Origin: Acidobacteriota bacterium
GTDB lineage: Bacteria > Acidobacteriota > Terriglobia > Acidiferrales > UBA7541
DNA length: 64,000 nt
Reading direction: 5' to 3'
Assembly (NCBI GenBank): GCA_023481105.1
Contig: JAMCWK010000110.1
Span: forward strand, 27,414 to 91,413
Each line of letters opens with the position of its first letter. Position 1 is the first letter of the stretch. Shown here piece after piece: positions 18,488 through 28,555 of this stretch. Under the pieces are notes generated by a model, which was given only the letters and a program-made list of their open reading frames with translations, had not been told where the DNA came from and ran no database searches. A program made the position numbers and the translations under genes.

Positions 18488-19399
18488 ATGGCGCAGAAAA
18501 CACGCATTATTGGTGTGCCGATGGATCTGGGACAGAGCCGCCGGGGTGTGGACATGGGCCCCTCGGCGCTGCGCGTAGCCGGACTGCAATCGCGCATCAA
18601 ACAGCTCAATTACACAGTGGAAGACGTGGGGAACATTCCCGTCCGGCAGGCCGAAGAGCAGCCCTATGGCGAAAAGCGCGCCAAATACTTGAACGAAATT
18701 GCGGGCACCTGCAAGGACCTGGCGGAACTTGTGCAGAAGACGCTGGAGGAAGGGCACCTGCCGCTTGTGCTGGGCGGCGACCATTCCACCGCGGTGGGAA
18801 CGGTTTCCGGTGTCGCGGCGCACTACCGCAAGCAGGAAAAGCACATCGGATTATTGTGGCTGGACGCGCACGGCGACATGAACACGCCGGATTCCTCACC
18901 GTCGGGAAATGTGCATGGGATGCCGCTGGCGGCGATAATCGGTTACGGCGCGCCGGAGCTGGTGGAGTTGATGGGCTTCAAGCCAAAGGTCGAGCCGCGC
19001 AACGTAGTGGTCGTCGGCGCGCGCGACCTGGACTCCAAGGAACGGCGTATCGTGAAGGAGTCCGGCATCCACGTGTTTACCATGCGCGACATTGACGAGC
19101 GCGGGATGCGCGACGTCATGGCCGAGGCGCTGCGTTTCGTCACCGACGACACCGACGGCGTGGCCGTCAGCCTGGACCTGGACTTCGTGGACCCCGAAGA
19201 TGCGCCCGGCGTGGGCACGCCGGTGCGCGGCGGCGTCACCTACCGCGAAGCGCACCTGGCCATGGAGATGATTGCGGACAGCGAAAGCATGGCGTCGCTG
19301 GAAGTCGTGGAGATTAATCCGGTAATTGACGAGCACAACAAGACAGCCATGCTCGGCGTGGAACTGGTGCTGTCGGGGCTGGGGAAGAAGATTCTTTAG
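18488..19399 (+). CDS. rocF: Arginase (ureohydrolase family)
   Basis: Mn-binding motifs GGDHS, LDAHGDMNTP and SLDLDFVDP are present. 303 aa. Confidence 0.85.
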   Translation: MAQKTRIIGVPMDLGQSRRGVDMGPSALRVAGLQSRIKQLNYTVEDVGNIPVRQAEEQPYGEKRAKYLNEIAGTCKDLAELVQKTLEEGHLPLVLGGDHSTAVGTVSGVAAHYRKQEKHIGLLWLDAHGDMNTPDSSPSGNVHGMPLAAIIGYGAPELVELMGFKPKVEPRNVVVVGARDLDSKERRIVKESGIHVFTMRDIDERGMRDVMAEALRFVTDDTDGVAVSLDLDFVDPEDAPGVGTPVRGGVTYREAHLAMEMIADSESMASLEVVEINPVIDEHNKTAMLGVELVLSGLGKKIL

Positions 19400-19453
19400 C
19401 AGTCGGCTGTATTCGTTTTTCGAATTTCGAGTATCGAATAGCGGCCTTCTAAA

Positions 19454-20587
19454 ATGAGCACGGAGAAAAAGCGTTTACGCGTGGGCGTGCTGTTCGGCGG
19501 GCGCTCCGGAGAGCATGAGGTGTCGCTGGCGTCGGCGGCCAGCGTGCTGCGCGCGCTCGACCCGGAGCGCTACGAGGCTGTGCCCATCGGGATCAGCAAA
19601 GACGGCCGGTGGATGGCCGGAACGAGCGCGCAGAAACTATTGCCGGATGTGCTCAAAAGCGGGCAACGCGTGGTGCTGCCGGCGGACCCCAATGTGGCGT
19701 CGTTGGTGCGGTTGGACGACAGCCGCGGCGGCGCGATGAAAGTGGACGTAGTGTTTCCTGTGCTGCACGGCACGTTCGGCGAAGACGGAACCGTGCAGGG
19801 CTTGCTGGAGCTGGCCGGACTGCCGTACGTCGGGGCCGGCGTGCTGGGCTCCTCCGTCGGCATGGACAAGGACTTGCAGAAGCGGCTGTTCAAGCAGGCT
19901 GGATTGCCGGTGGGCGAATTTCTAGCTGTGCAGCGCAGCGCGTGGGAAAAGCAGCCCAATGCGGTGCTCCGTGCCATCAATAAGAAAATCAAATACCCCT
20001 TGTTTGTGAAACCGGCGACGCTGGGGTCCTCGGTGGGAATGAGCAAGGTCAAGAAATGGAAGGAACTTCCGGCGGCGATGGACCTAGCCGCGGAATTCGC
20101 GCAAAAAATTCTGGTCGAGCGCGGGATCAAGGGGCGGGAAATTGAGGTTTCCGTGCTGGGGAACGAGGAGCCGCAAGCGTCGGTGCCGGGCGAAATCGTG
20201 CCGCACCGCGAATTTTACGATTACACGGCAAAATATCTCGAAGAGGGCACCCGGCTGGTGATCCCCGCCAGATTGAGCAAGGCGCAGGCGAAGAAATTTC
20301 AGGAATTCGCCGTGCGCGCGTTCCGCGCGGTGGAATGCCTGGGGATGGCGCGTGTGGATTTCTTTCTCGAAAAACGCAGCGGCAAAATCCTGCTGAATGA
20401 GATCAATACCATTCCGGGCTTCACTTCCATCAGCATGTATCCGAAGCTGTGGGAGGCCAGTGGAATTTCCTATCGCGAGTTGATTGACCGCCTGATTGAC
20501 TTGGCGCTGGAACAACACGCGGAAAAGGCGCGCACGAAGTATTCCATCGAGCTTCCGGCGGGAGCCGCCGGCGCGCTGGAAGGCTGA
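19454..20587 (+). CDS. ddl: D-alanine--D-alanine ligase
   Basis: Contains VLFGGRSGEHEVSL, HGTFGEDGTVQGLLE and an ATP-grasp C-terminus (LNEINTIPGFT). Confidence 0.9.
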   Translation: MSTEKKRLRVGVLFGGRSGEHEVSLASAASVLRALDPERYEAVPIGISKDGRWMAGTSAQKLLPDVLKSGQRVVLPADPNVASLVRLDDSRGGAMKVDVVFPVLHGTFGEDGTVQGLLELAGLPYVGAGVLGSSVGMDKDLQKRLFKQAGLPVGEFLAVQRSAWEKQPNAVLRAINKKIKYPLFVKPATLGSSVGMSKVKKWKELPAAMDLAAEFAQKILVERGIKGREIEVSVLGNEEPQASVPGEIVPHREFYDYTAKYLEEGTRLVIPARLSKAQAKKFQEFAVRAFRAVECLGMARVDFFLEKRSGKILLNEINTIPGFTSISMYPKLWEASGISYRELIDRLIDLALEQHAEKARTKYSIELPAGAAGALEG

Positions 20588-20599
20588 GCGGAGGGGACA

Positions 20600-21046
20600 T
20601 TGGGACTTCTGGACGAAAGCGGCGAAGAACCGAAATCGAAACTGCGGCGATGGATCGTGACCGTGGCGGTCTTCGCGCTGTTGATGGCGCTCAGCATCTG
20701 GTGGCTGCTTCGCTTCCACGACGAAAAGCGTACCGTGGAACAATTCCTGCAAGCCGTGATTGCCGAAGATCTGCAAAAGGCCTACCAGATCTGGAAGCCG
20801 TCGGGCAGCTACAGTTACAAGGATTTCGTGGACGATTGGAGCGTTTCGGGATACTACGGGCCGATCAAAAGCTATCATATCGAAACCGCGCAAAAGAATG
20901 GCGCCGCCAGCGGAGTGACCGTGGTCGTGGAGTTGAGCCCCTTCAGTCCCTTCCCGGACAAAGACGACAAAGTGAAGAATTACCGGACGAAAGAAGTGCG
21001 CCTGTGGGTCGAGAGCCGCGACATGTCGCTGGGATTTGCGCCATAA
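20600..21046 (+). CDS. Hypothetical membrane-anchored protein
   Basis: 148-aa ORF with a TTG start and one TM helix (WIVTVAVFALLMALSIWWLL). No family recognised. Confidence 0.4.
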   Translation: MGLLDESGEEPKSKLRRWIVTVAVFALLMALSIWWLLRFHDEKRTVEQFLQAVIAEDLQKAYQIWKPSGSYSYKDFVDDWSVSGYYGPIKSYHIETAQKNGAASGVTVVVELSPFSPFPDKDDKVKNYRTKEVRLWVESRDMSLGFAP

Positions 21047-21105
21047 GCAATAATTCAGAAATCAGAAATCAGTAACACCCTCAATCGTACCGTGGTCGCC
21101 AACCA

Positions 21106-22173
21106 TCAAGCAATTTCACGAAGTGCAGCGAGAAGCTCCGCGGGAGAAACGGTGGCGGTGCCGAGCTTGCCCACCACAACGCCAGCCGCAGCGTTCGCCA
21201 GCACGGCAGCCTCGCGCAGGGAAGCGCCCGCCGAAACCGCGAGCGCCAGTGTGGCGAGTACAGTGTCGCCGGCACCGGTCACGTCAAACACCTGGCGGCC
21301 GGATGACGGATGCTGCGCGCGCTGGCCGAGGCGGCCCACGGGTGGCTCCTGACTGGTGGCGGAAATGTGCACGGCCTTCGCGGCGTCCTGCTCCAGCACG
21401 CTCATTCCCTTCTCTCCACGAGTAATGACCACCGCAGGACATTTGAATTTTTCCAACAGCTGCGCGGCTGCCTGTTCGACGGAGGCGTCATCGTCGAGCG
21501 CGCGCGAAACCAAAAAGCTGGCTTCCCCGCGGTTCAGCACGATGACCGTGGCCCCGGGGTAGGTGGCCAGCATGGACCACTTCGGCTTGACGAAAGACTT
21601 GATGCCCAGCTTGGCGCAAGCTCCGAGGACGCGCACGGCCACGTCGTCGGTGACCACGCCCTTGTCGTAGTCGGAGAGCACCAGCGCGTGCAGCGTGGGC
21701 AGCACAGCCATCGTGCGGCGGATTAGCAACTCTTCCATCTCCGGGCGGAGCGGCGCGCGGGTCTCGCGGTCCACGCGGACAATTTGCTGATGGCGGGCAA
21801 TGATGCGCGTCTTGATGGTCGTCCTGCGCGCGGAATCCTCGACAATTCCCTTCTCCGGCATCTCCCAGTCGCGGACTTTCTTGCGAAGGGAATCGGCAGC
21901 GTCATCTTTTCCGGCGGCGCCGAAGGGCAAAACGCCGGCGCCGAAGGCGACGAGGTTCGCGGCCACATTGCCCGCGCCGCCGAGGACGAGTTCTTCTTTC
22001 TCGAAGTCCACCACGGGCACGGCGGCTTCCGGCGAGAGGCGCGTGGCTTTGCCCCAGACATAGCGATCCAGCATCCAGTCACCGAGGACGCCGAGGCGGC
22101 GGCCGGAAAAGGATTTGACGATGCGCGAAAGGCGCGCTCGTGAGATTTTTTCTGAATGCTTGGACTTCGGCAT
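21106..22173 (-). CDS. Carbohydrate kinase, RfaE domain I-like (D-glycero-beta-D-manno-heptose-7-phosphate kinase)
   Basis: PfkB-family motifs (GGAGNVA; DVTGAGDTVLA). It sits directly downstream of a GT9 gene. Confidence 0.75.
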   Translation of the reverse strand: MPKSKHSEKISRARLSRIVKSFSGRRLGVLGDWMLDRYVWGKATRLSPEAAVPVVDFEKEELVLGGAGNVAANLVAFGAGVLPFGAAGKDDAADSLRKKVRDWEMPEKGIVEDSARRTTIKTRIIARHQQIVRVDRETRAPLRPEMEELLIRRTMAVLPTLHALVLSDYDKGVVTDDVAVRVLGACAKLGIKSFVKPKWSMLATYPGATVIVLNRGEASFLVSRALDDDASVEQAAAQLLEKFKCPAVVITRGEKGMSVLEQDAAKAVHISATSQEPPVGRLGQRAQHPSSGRQVFDVTGAGDTVLATLALAVSAGASLREAAVLANAAAGVVVGKLGTATVSPAELLAALREIA

Positions 22174-22180
22174 GAAGGTG

Positions 22181-23275
22181 TCAGTTCCCCGAGTTTGCCG
22201 CAGGAGTAATGGACGCCAGCGCCTGCGTTTCTTTCAGGAGCGCGTCGCATGCGTCGCAAACCTGCTCCAGCGTGACGGAGAGAATACAACGTGGCTCCGG
22301 GAAAGCATAGCAGCGATCGCCGCGGCACGGATTGCAGGGAAAATCGTTCTGCACCACGCGATGCGGCACCTGCCACGGCCGCCAAGTGACGGAATCACTC
22401 GAACCGAAAATCACCGCGACGGGCCGCCCGGCCGCCGTGGCCAAATGCGCCGGGCCACTGTCGTTGCCCAGGAAAAGACGCGCGTGGGAAATCAGCGCAA
22501 TCAATTCGCGCAGCGAGAGCGAATCAAAGACCACCGCGGGCGCAGGAAAAAGGCGGCGCACCTCGGAAACGATTTCGCGGTCACCCGGCCCAAGGACGAC
22601 CACCGGCGCGAGCCCGTGTTGCGCGTGGAGCCATTGCGCGGTCGCGGCAAAGTGTTCGAGCGCCCAGCGCTTGGTGAAGTAAGCAGCGCCCGGATGCAGG
22701 ACGGCAAACGGAGAATATGGCTTTACGCCATTCGCGGCGAGCAATGCTTCGACCGAGGCCATGGCATCCGGCTGGGGAAAAACCTGCGCGGGAGGAATGG
22801 GCGTAGATGGCAGGCCAGCCAAGTAGAATTGCGTCACGCGATGCTCGACGGTGTGGAATTGCTTGCGGGCATCGAGCGCGCCGGCATCGGGAACGCGCAA
22901 ATTGTAGACAAAGCCGAAGCGGCAGTGCTCCCAGCAGACGCGCGCGGGAGAACCCGCAGCGGCGGTCAGAAACGCACTGGTGGGGCCGCCATGCTGGTTG
23001 AAGATAGCTGGAAACTTCCGGCGACGCAGCAAGGTCGCCGTGGAGAAAAAATCGCGATGCAGCAGAACTTCGGCGACGGCGGGGTTGCCTTCCAGCACCG
23101 CGGCATAGGGCGGCTCGACAAGCACCGAGAGGCGCAGGTCGGGGCGCCACGCGTGCAGCGCGGCCAGCGCCGGGGTGAGCATAATCACATCGCCGAGGGA
23201 ACGCAGGCGAATGACGAGGATTTCCGCGTGTTGCGGAAGCTCGGCCAGGATGCGCGAAGTGCTATTCGGCTTCAA
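22181..23275 (-). CDS. Glycosyltransferase family 9 (LPS heptosyltransferase)
   Basis: Contains ILVIRLRSLGDVIMLTPAL and LFLGNDSGPAHLA, which are diagnostic GT9 blocks. Confidence 0.8.
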   Translation of the reverse strand: MKPNSTSRILAELPQHAEILVIRLRSLGDVIMLTPALAALHAWRPDLRLSVLVEPPYAAVLEGNPAVAEVLLHRDFFSTATLLRRRKFPAIFNQHGGPTSAFLTAAAGSPARVCWEHCRFGFVYNLRVPDAGALDARKQFHTVEHRVTQFYLAGLPSTPIPPAQVFPQPDAMASVEALLAANGVKPYSPFAVLHPGAAYFTKRWALEHFAATAQWLHAQHGLAPVVVLGPGDREIVSEVRRLFPAPAVVFDSLSLRELIALISHARLFLGNDSGPAHLATAAGRPVAVIFGSSDSVTWRPWQVPHRVVQNDFPCNPCRGDRCYAFPEPRCILSVTLEQVCDACDALLKETQALASITPAANSGN

Positions 23276-23435
23276 TGCGGGCTTCGTCCACCAGCATGAC
23301 GGGGATATCGTCGCGAATGGGATAGACGCGATGGCAGGTGGAACACTTCAGCCCATGGTTGTCCGGCGTCAAGCGCACCGGAGTCTTACACAGCGGACAA
23401 ACGAGGATTTCGAGCAGCTCTTTGCTGACGGCCAT
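23262..23435 (-). CDS. Trm112-family small zinc-ribbon protein
   Basis: 57 aa: MAVSKELLEILVCPLCK...CSTCHRVYPIRDDIPVML. The start is taken at ATG 23435. Confidence 0.75.
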   Translation of the reverse strand: MAVSKELLEILVCPLCKTPVRLTPDNHGLKCSTCHRVYPIRDDIPVMLVDEARIEAE

Positions 23436-23488
23436 CGCGCCCTCCGAAGGCATGACTCTAGCAGAGGGATGCGGCGAGAGCAACGGCA

Positions 23489-25639
23489 CTAGCGGGCGGC
23501 GGAAAGACGCAGCGAAAATCGCGCGGCCCAGGGCGAATCCGGAGCAAGCTCGACGTACCACACGGGCAGAATTTGCGAGCCCTGATACACGCGCTCGAAT
23601 CCGTCCTCGGATTCGGAAACCGTTTCGATGGGAGCAATCCAGAAGCAGCCCGCGCCGGGGGCGTCGAGGACTGCCGAAACATTCTGCCATTCGTCCACGG
23701 CGCGGAAAACAGGAGGCGCCAGCTCGCCGCAGAACGAAAGCGGATGCCGCACGCCTTCCTGCTCGAAATAGCGGTCGGATTCCTTTGCGGCCAGCAGATT
23801 CAGAATGATTTCGAGCCCGACCTGGAAGCGAAGCGGCTGGGCAAAACTGTGCGCGAGACTGAGGTCACAGGAAATCTCACAGGAATTTTGCGAGCGGGAA
23901 AATGAAAACGTCTTGACCGCGCGCAAAAAAGGAGCGGAAGGGGCATCTGTCGCCAGCGAAGTAGCGGAGGCGAACGGACCCTCCTGTACGAATTCGATTT
24001 TGTCCGCAGAGGCAGAAGCCACGTCATACGCGCCGGCGGCGAAAGGTTCGCTGGCCTCCAGCGCGAGCGCTTCGTAGTCGGCCAGCTTCTTCCACGGCGG
24101 AAAGAGCAGCAGGCGAAACGCGTGGCGCGGCCACTGGTCGTAGCGCAGCCGCCGCTCCAGTCCCGGCTCTTTCACTTTGCGCTGGTCGTGAATGGAAACC
24201 ACCGCGGGCGATCCGCCTGCGGCGGCTTCGCGCAAGCGGGCGTGGTAGGCCTCCGGCCGGCGCTGGATGGAGTTGACCAGCGTGACGTCGCTGGGACGAT
24301 AGTCGAGCAGCGGCATCGTGGCCCCATCGGAAGGATGGAAAAGCGCGGCGCAGGTCTCGCTCACCAGGTAGAGCTCTTCGCGGCCGTCGGCATCGAAATC
24401 CAGGCGGGAAAGCTCCGCATAATTGGAACGTGCCTGCTCGGCGGCATCAGCGATTTTTTCTGCGCGGATCAAATCGCGCCACAGCGTAGTGCGCAGATGC
24501 GGCGCATAAAGTCCGCCGAAGATGCCGTGCCAGTAGGCGTCGTTGCATTGTCCGCGGAGGAGAAACGAGGTGGCGTCGTCCAGTGCGCTGCGCAACGGCA
24601 GGCCGCGGCGCGTGGACGCGGCGAGCCGCCGGATTTTCCCCGAGACGTGCAGCATTTTCTTGTGCAGCAAATTCGCTTCCGAATACTTGCTGAAGAAACC
24701 GCGCCCACTAGTTCCTCGCAGAAAGGCAGCAACGTCCGGACGGTTGGAAAACTCCTGCTGCACTTGATGGAAGCGCTGGCGCGTCCGCGTTGGCAGCGCC
24801 CACTCCATCATTTCCGAATAGGAAGCGGTGGGCAGGTCGGCGCGGCCCAAGGCCGCGTGCTCTGCGAGATAAGCGCCCGGGGTGGTCACCTCCAGCCAAT
24901 CGGAATTCGCATCCAGCGCGGAGAAAAAGCGCTCCAGCCAGCCGTCTTCGTAGCAGTGTTTCCACGTCTCCGGCCACACGCCGAACTTCTCGCAGTCATC
25001 GCCCATGGCCGCAAGCCCGCCGGGATGCTCAGCGGCAAACGAACGCAAGAAAGCGATGTTTTCTTCGACCGTACCAAAGGGCACCAGGTAACGCAGTTTC
25101 TTCAAGCCGGGGATGAGCTTCACGGACGCGCCGAGGTCTTCCGCCATGTAGTAGCCGTGGAGCTGCGATGGCTCGAAACCGGCGGCGAGAAAATGAATGT
25201 CGTCCACCAGCGTGTAGCCCACGCCCGCCAGCGCCAGCGTGGAGGGAAGTTGCGGCTCCCAGACGCGCTCCGCCAGCCACGCGCCTTCCGGGCGGCGGCC
25301 AAAATGATTTTCCAGATAATCGCTCTGTCGGCGGATTTGCTCGAGTCGGTCGCCCGGCGGAATGGAAATCAGGATGGGTTCGTAGAATCCGCCGCCGATC
25401 AGCTCCACCTGGCCGCGCTGCACCAGGACGCGCAGTTTCTCGAAAAACTCCGGATGATTCTTTTCCATCCATTCGAGCAGCGAGCCGGAATAGTGCAGGC
25501 CCACGCGCACCGCAGGATGCCGCGAAAGCAGATCGAGAAAGGGCAAATAGGAATGCGCGTAGGCGCGCTCCAGCACGTCTTCGAAATTGCCGGCCGGTTG
25601 ATGCGAATGAATCAAAAAAGAAAGATGAAGCTTGGACAA
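23489..25639 (-). CDS. Glycoside hydrolase family 57 protein (alpha-amylase/4-alpha-glucanotransferase type) with C-terminal extension
   Basis: N-terminus LSFLIHSHQPAGNF...YLPFLDLL and EPILISIP blocks are typical of GH57. 716 aa. Confidence 0.8.
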   Translation of the reverse strand: MSKLHLSFLIHSHQPAGNFEDVLERAYAHSYLPFLDLLSRHPAVRVGLHYSGSLLEWMEKNHPEFFEKLRVLVQRGQVELIGGGFYEPILISIPPGDRLEQIRRQSDYLENHFGRRPEGAWLAERVWEPQLPSTLALAGVGYTLVDDIHFLAAGFEPSQLHGYYMAEDLGASVKLIPGLKKLRYLVPFGTVEENIAFLRSFAAEHPGGLAAMGDDCEKFGVWPETWKHCYEDGWLERFFSALDANSDWLEVTTPGAYLAEHAALGRADLPTASYSEMMEWALPTRTRQRFHQVQQEFSNRPDVAAFLRGTSGRGFFSKYSEANLLHKKMLHVSGKIRRLAASTRRGLPLRSALDDATSFLLRGQCNDAYWHGIFGGLYAPHLRTTLWRDLIRAEKIADAAEQARSNYAELSRLDFDADGREELYLVSETCAALFHPSDGATMPLLDYRPSDVTLVNSIQRRPEAYHARLREAAAGGSPAVVSIHDQRKVKEPGLERRLRYDQWPRHAFRLLLFPPWKKLADYEALALEASEPFAAGAYDVASASADKIEFVQEGPFASATSLATDAPSAPFLRAVKTFSFSRSQNSCEISCDLSLAHSFAQPLRFQVGLEIILNLLAAKESDRYFEQEGVRHPLSFCGELAPPVFRAVDEWQNVSAVLDAPGAGCFWIAPIETVSESEDGFERVYQGSQILPVWYVELAPDSPWAARFSLRLSAAR

Positions 25640-25707
25640 GCGTTCACCCCGCCAGACACTGAACGAAAAGGATAGCGCAGCCGCCGTGAAAAATCGAATC
25701 TCGCGCC

Positions 25708-26361
25708 TCAGGAAAAAATCACTGCCAGGCGCGCGGTGCGCGCCGCGGCGTAGGACTCCAGCCGCTGCGCGTAATGCTCCAGCGCGATCTGCAGTTCCTC
25801 TTCCGAAACCGAGGCGGGCGCGAAAATGACGCTGACCAGCGCGCGCGTGGACTCCGTAATCATCGTGCGCGTGGAGTCGCTGATGGGGCAGCCGAAGGGG
25901 CCGCGCGCGTCCACCAGAATGGGGCGGCCGGCGAGATGCCAGGTCTGCTTGCCGATGCCTTCGTAGGATTCGCCGTTCTCCCCGAGTCGCATGACCATGG
26001 GCGGGGCCAGGTGCGCTCGGTCGTAGAGACCGAACGGCCAGCCGGTCTCAATCGAGCAAAGATTGCAGACGTCCACCACGTTGGAAATACGGTAAAGCCC
26101 CTTGCCCTGCACCACGCGGCGCAGCAGCGCTTCGGAGGAGGGACGGTACCGCGAAGGGTCCACGCCCCACGCGCGGAACATTGCGCGAACCGCGCGCACG
26201 GAATCGAGCAGGGCCACTTGCTCGATGGTGTGCGTGCGGCGGATGCGCTCGCACACAGAATCCATTTCCTCGGCCAGGCCCGGATGCACAAGCTGCACCT
26301 GAACATCCGTGGCTTCGATGAAACCCAGCTTCACGCCGGAAATCTGGATGGCGATGGACAT
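25708..26361 (-). CDS. B3/B4 tRNA-binding-domain protein (PheT-related)
   Basis: Contains YRPSSEALLRRVVQGKGLYRISNVVDVCNLCSIETGWPFGLYD, typical of stand-alone B3/4 domain proteins. Confidence 0.7.
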   Translation of the reverse strand: MSIAIQISGVKLGFIEATDVQVQLVHPGLAEEMDSVCERIRRTHTIEQVALLDSVRAVRAMFRAWGVDPSRYRPSSEALLRRVVQGKGLYRISNVVDVCNLCSIETGWPFGLYDRAHLAPPMVMRLGENGESYEGIGKQTWHLAGRPILVDARGPFGCPISDSTRTMITESTRALVSVIFAPASVSEEELQIALEHYAQRLESYAAARTARLAVIFS

Positions 26362-26433
26362 GAAAGCAGCCTCAGTTCCAAACCAACCAAAGCAAGGCTG
26401 GTATTATGCCGAGAGCCGGGCGGAGGGAGCAAA

Positions 26434-26832
26434 TTGAAGCGGTCAAGCGGAGGCAAGAGAGGCGTCGCACTGTTCCGGCGAGGAGTAGAACAGTTCAACG
26501 CGGAGAAGTTTTTTGACGCGCATGAAAGTTGGGAAGCCATCTGGCTGAAGGCGGAGGAGCCGGACAAGACTTTCTTGCAGGGCATCACGCAAATCACAGC
26601 GGCGTTCCACCACTTCGCGCAGGGAAACCGCGTGGGAGCGGAATCGCTGTTGCAAAAGGGTCTGCGAAAGCTGGAACAGTTCCCTGATCACTACCGTGGA
26701 GTGCGTCTCGAAAAATTGCACGAGGAACTGAGGAAGTGGGCGAAGGCTTTGAGAAAAGTGGAACTCAGACCAAGGATGAAGACACCCAAAATTGGATGGG
26801 TACGAAGCAAAAATGGCAGAGAGGAAATTTGA
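26434..26832 (+). CDS. DUF309-domain protein
   Basis: Contains GVEQFNAEKFFDAHESWEAIW...QGITQITAAFHHFAQGN. The likely TTG start at 26434 is preceded by GGAGGGAG. The long upstream ORF is antisense to the B3/4 gene. Confidence 0.6.
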   Translation: MKRSSGGKRGVALFRRGVEQFNAEKFFDAHESWEAIWLKAEEPDKTFLQGITQITAAFHHFAQGNRVGAESLLQKGLRKLEQFPDHYRGVRLEKLHEELRKWAKALRKVELRPRMKTPKIGWVRSKNGREEI

Positions 26833-26845
26833 AAGCCTGCGCTGC

Positions 26846-27268
26846 CTACTCGACGATGACCTTGCCGCTCATGCCGCGGTGGCCCATCCCGCAAAAAACG
26901 GAGCAACGGAAAACATACGTGCCCGGGCGCTCAGCGACAAATTCAATGATGCGCTCCTGGTTTTTTCCCAGTTTGAAATTGTTCTGGTTGTCCGTCATGC
27001 GCAGGCCGGGCTCGCCCTTTTCCGGCGTGCCTTCGGGATACAATCGAATCTTGAAGCCATGCGTGCGGTCCGTGGCGCGAATTTTCAGTTGCACGCGTGT
27101 TCCTTGTTTCACGCGGATTTCTTCCGGCGCATATTTGTACTTTTTTGCCGTCATTTCGACGATCTGGACAGGTTCCTCCGCCTTGGCCTGCGTGTTGGCG
27201 CGACCCACTGCGCCGACAAAAAGCAGACCGGCAATGGCAATCACTGTGCATCCGAATCGTGTTCTCAA
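26846..27268 (-). CDS. Membrane-anchored/secreted CuA-type cupredoxin-domain protein
   Basis: Signal/anchor at the N-terminus. His ligand in DRTHGFKI and CSVFCGMGHRGM, which fits the C-x3-C-G-x2-H-x2-M pattern of CuA sites. The TTG start is 14 nt after the PKS stop, with AGGAGGG in between. Confidence 0.7.
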   Translation of the reverse strand: MRTRFGCTVIAIAGLLFVGAVGRANTQAKAEEPVQIVEMTAKKYKYAPEEIRVKQGTRVQLKIRATDRTHGFKIRLYPEGTPEKGEPGLRMTDNQNNFKLGKNQERIIEFVAERPGTYVFRCSVFCGMGHRGMSGKVIVE

Positions 27269-27282
27269 CTCTGTTCCCTCCT

Positions 27283-28392
27283 CTACCAGCGCAGCAAGGC
27301 TGCCTCGGCCGCGAATCCGGGTCCCAGCGCCAGGAGGACGCCGTAGTCCCCGGGTTGCGGCTCACCAGAAGCGCGCACCTGATCCAAGACAAAGAGAGCC
27401 GTGGGCGAAGACATGTTTCCAAATTCGCGCAGAACGCGGCGCGAGAAGCGCAGGTCGTTTTCTGCCAGGCGCAGAAATTCCGAAGCGGCGTCGAGCACCT
27501 TGCGCCCGCCGGGGTGCAGAACCCAGAAGCGTATGTCCTCGCGCCGCAGCCCGCGGGGCAGCAGCAAAGAGTCGAGGCAGCGGCTGATGATCGGGCCGGC
27601 AAGGTTGCGAATTTCCGAGGCCAGTACGATGCGCAACGTGCCATCGCGGTGCTCAAAACCGACTTTATCGAGATGAGTAGGATCGAGCACGGATTGAAAC
27701 GCCAAAACGCTGAGAGGAGCAATTCCATTGCTGTTGCTCGCAGCAGCGGAATGCCCGTTCAAAAAGAGTACGAAGGCGGCCGCGCCATCGGCGCAGATGG
27801 CGTTTCCAATAATCGTTTCCATCGAGGAATCGAAGAAATAGCAGGCGGAACAAATTTCGACAGCAACGGCAAGAACGCGGCTGCCGGGATTCGCGCGGGC
27901 GTGGTCGCTGGCGCGCTGGAGCAGCGGAAGCGCGCCGGCGCAACCATGGCCGAGCAGGGCGCCGCGCTGCACGTCGCAGCGCAATCCGAGTTCGCTCACG
28001 AGCAATGTGGATAGGTCCGGGCAGAGATACCCGGTACAAGAAGCAACCAGAATGCAATCGACATCTTCGGCGGCGAGGCCCGCCTGGTCGAGCGCGCGAC
28101 GCGCCGCGAGCGCCGCCAGGCTGCGCGCGCCTTCCAGGTAACGCGCGTGCCGCTGGTCGGGAGATTCCTGGGGAGTAAAAGTTGCTGGATCGAGCCAGAA
28201 GTGGCGCGAGTCAATATCGCTGTTCAAGAAAATCTGGCGGATGCGCGAGCTGGAGTAGCCGCAAAGATGAAACGCTTCTTCCTGCGAGAAGCGGCGTGGC
28301 GGCACGGCCGTCGCGCAGGAAAGCAGGGCCGGCGCGACCGCGTGCGTCAGGCCTTCCGGCGAGAGTGTTAGAGCGCCCTCAGTGATGCTCAT
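27283..28392 (-). CDS. Type III polyketide synthase (chalcone/stilbene synthase family)
   Basis: Active-site Cys context ILVASCTGYLCPDLS, His in VLHPGGRKVLD, Asn in FGNMSSPTALFVL, and C-terminal ALGPGF. Confidence 0.85.
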   Translation of the reverse strand: MSITEGALTLSPEGLTHAVAPALLSCATAVPPRRFSQEEAFHLCGYSSSRIRQIFLNSDIDSRHFWLDPATFTPQESPDQRHARYLEGARSLAALAARRALDQAGLAAEDVDCILVASCTGYLCPDLSTLLVSELGLRCDVQRGALLGHGCAGALPLLQRASDHARANPGSRVLAVAVEICSACYFFDSSMETIIGNAICADGAAAFVLFLNGHSAAASNSNGIAPLSVLAFQSVLDPTHLDKVGFEHRDGTLRIVLASEIRNLAGPIISRCLDSLLLPRGLRREDIRFWVLHPGGRKVLDAASEFLRLAENDLRFSRRVLREFGNMSSPTALFVLDQVRASGEPQPGDYGVLLALGPGFAAEAALLRW

Positions 28393-28555
28393 ATGGATAG
28401 TCCTTTGGATGCAAGAAACACCCCAGGCGACTATGGAAAAATGAGGAAAGTAGAGAGTATCAAAACGAAGGGCCGGAGTCTGCGGAAAGCTGGTTCCATT
28501 GACGAAGGCCCAAGAGGGTGAGAACCTACACGGCGAAGACGGTCATGCATAGCCT

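Noticed and set aside
21055-21072. TCAGAAA TCAGAAA TCAG short tandem repeat between convergent genes
   Set aside because: It has only about 2.6 copies and sits in a convergent 3' intergenic region. It is too short to interpret. I record it only because it resembles other AT-rich scraps, such as the one around 8705-8760.
22115-25675. Long plus-strand ORFs (22115-23299 and 24122-25675)
   Set aside because: They are antisense to the GT9 heptosyltransferase and the GH57 gene. Their sequences are not protein-like.
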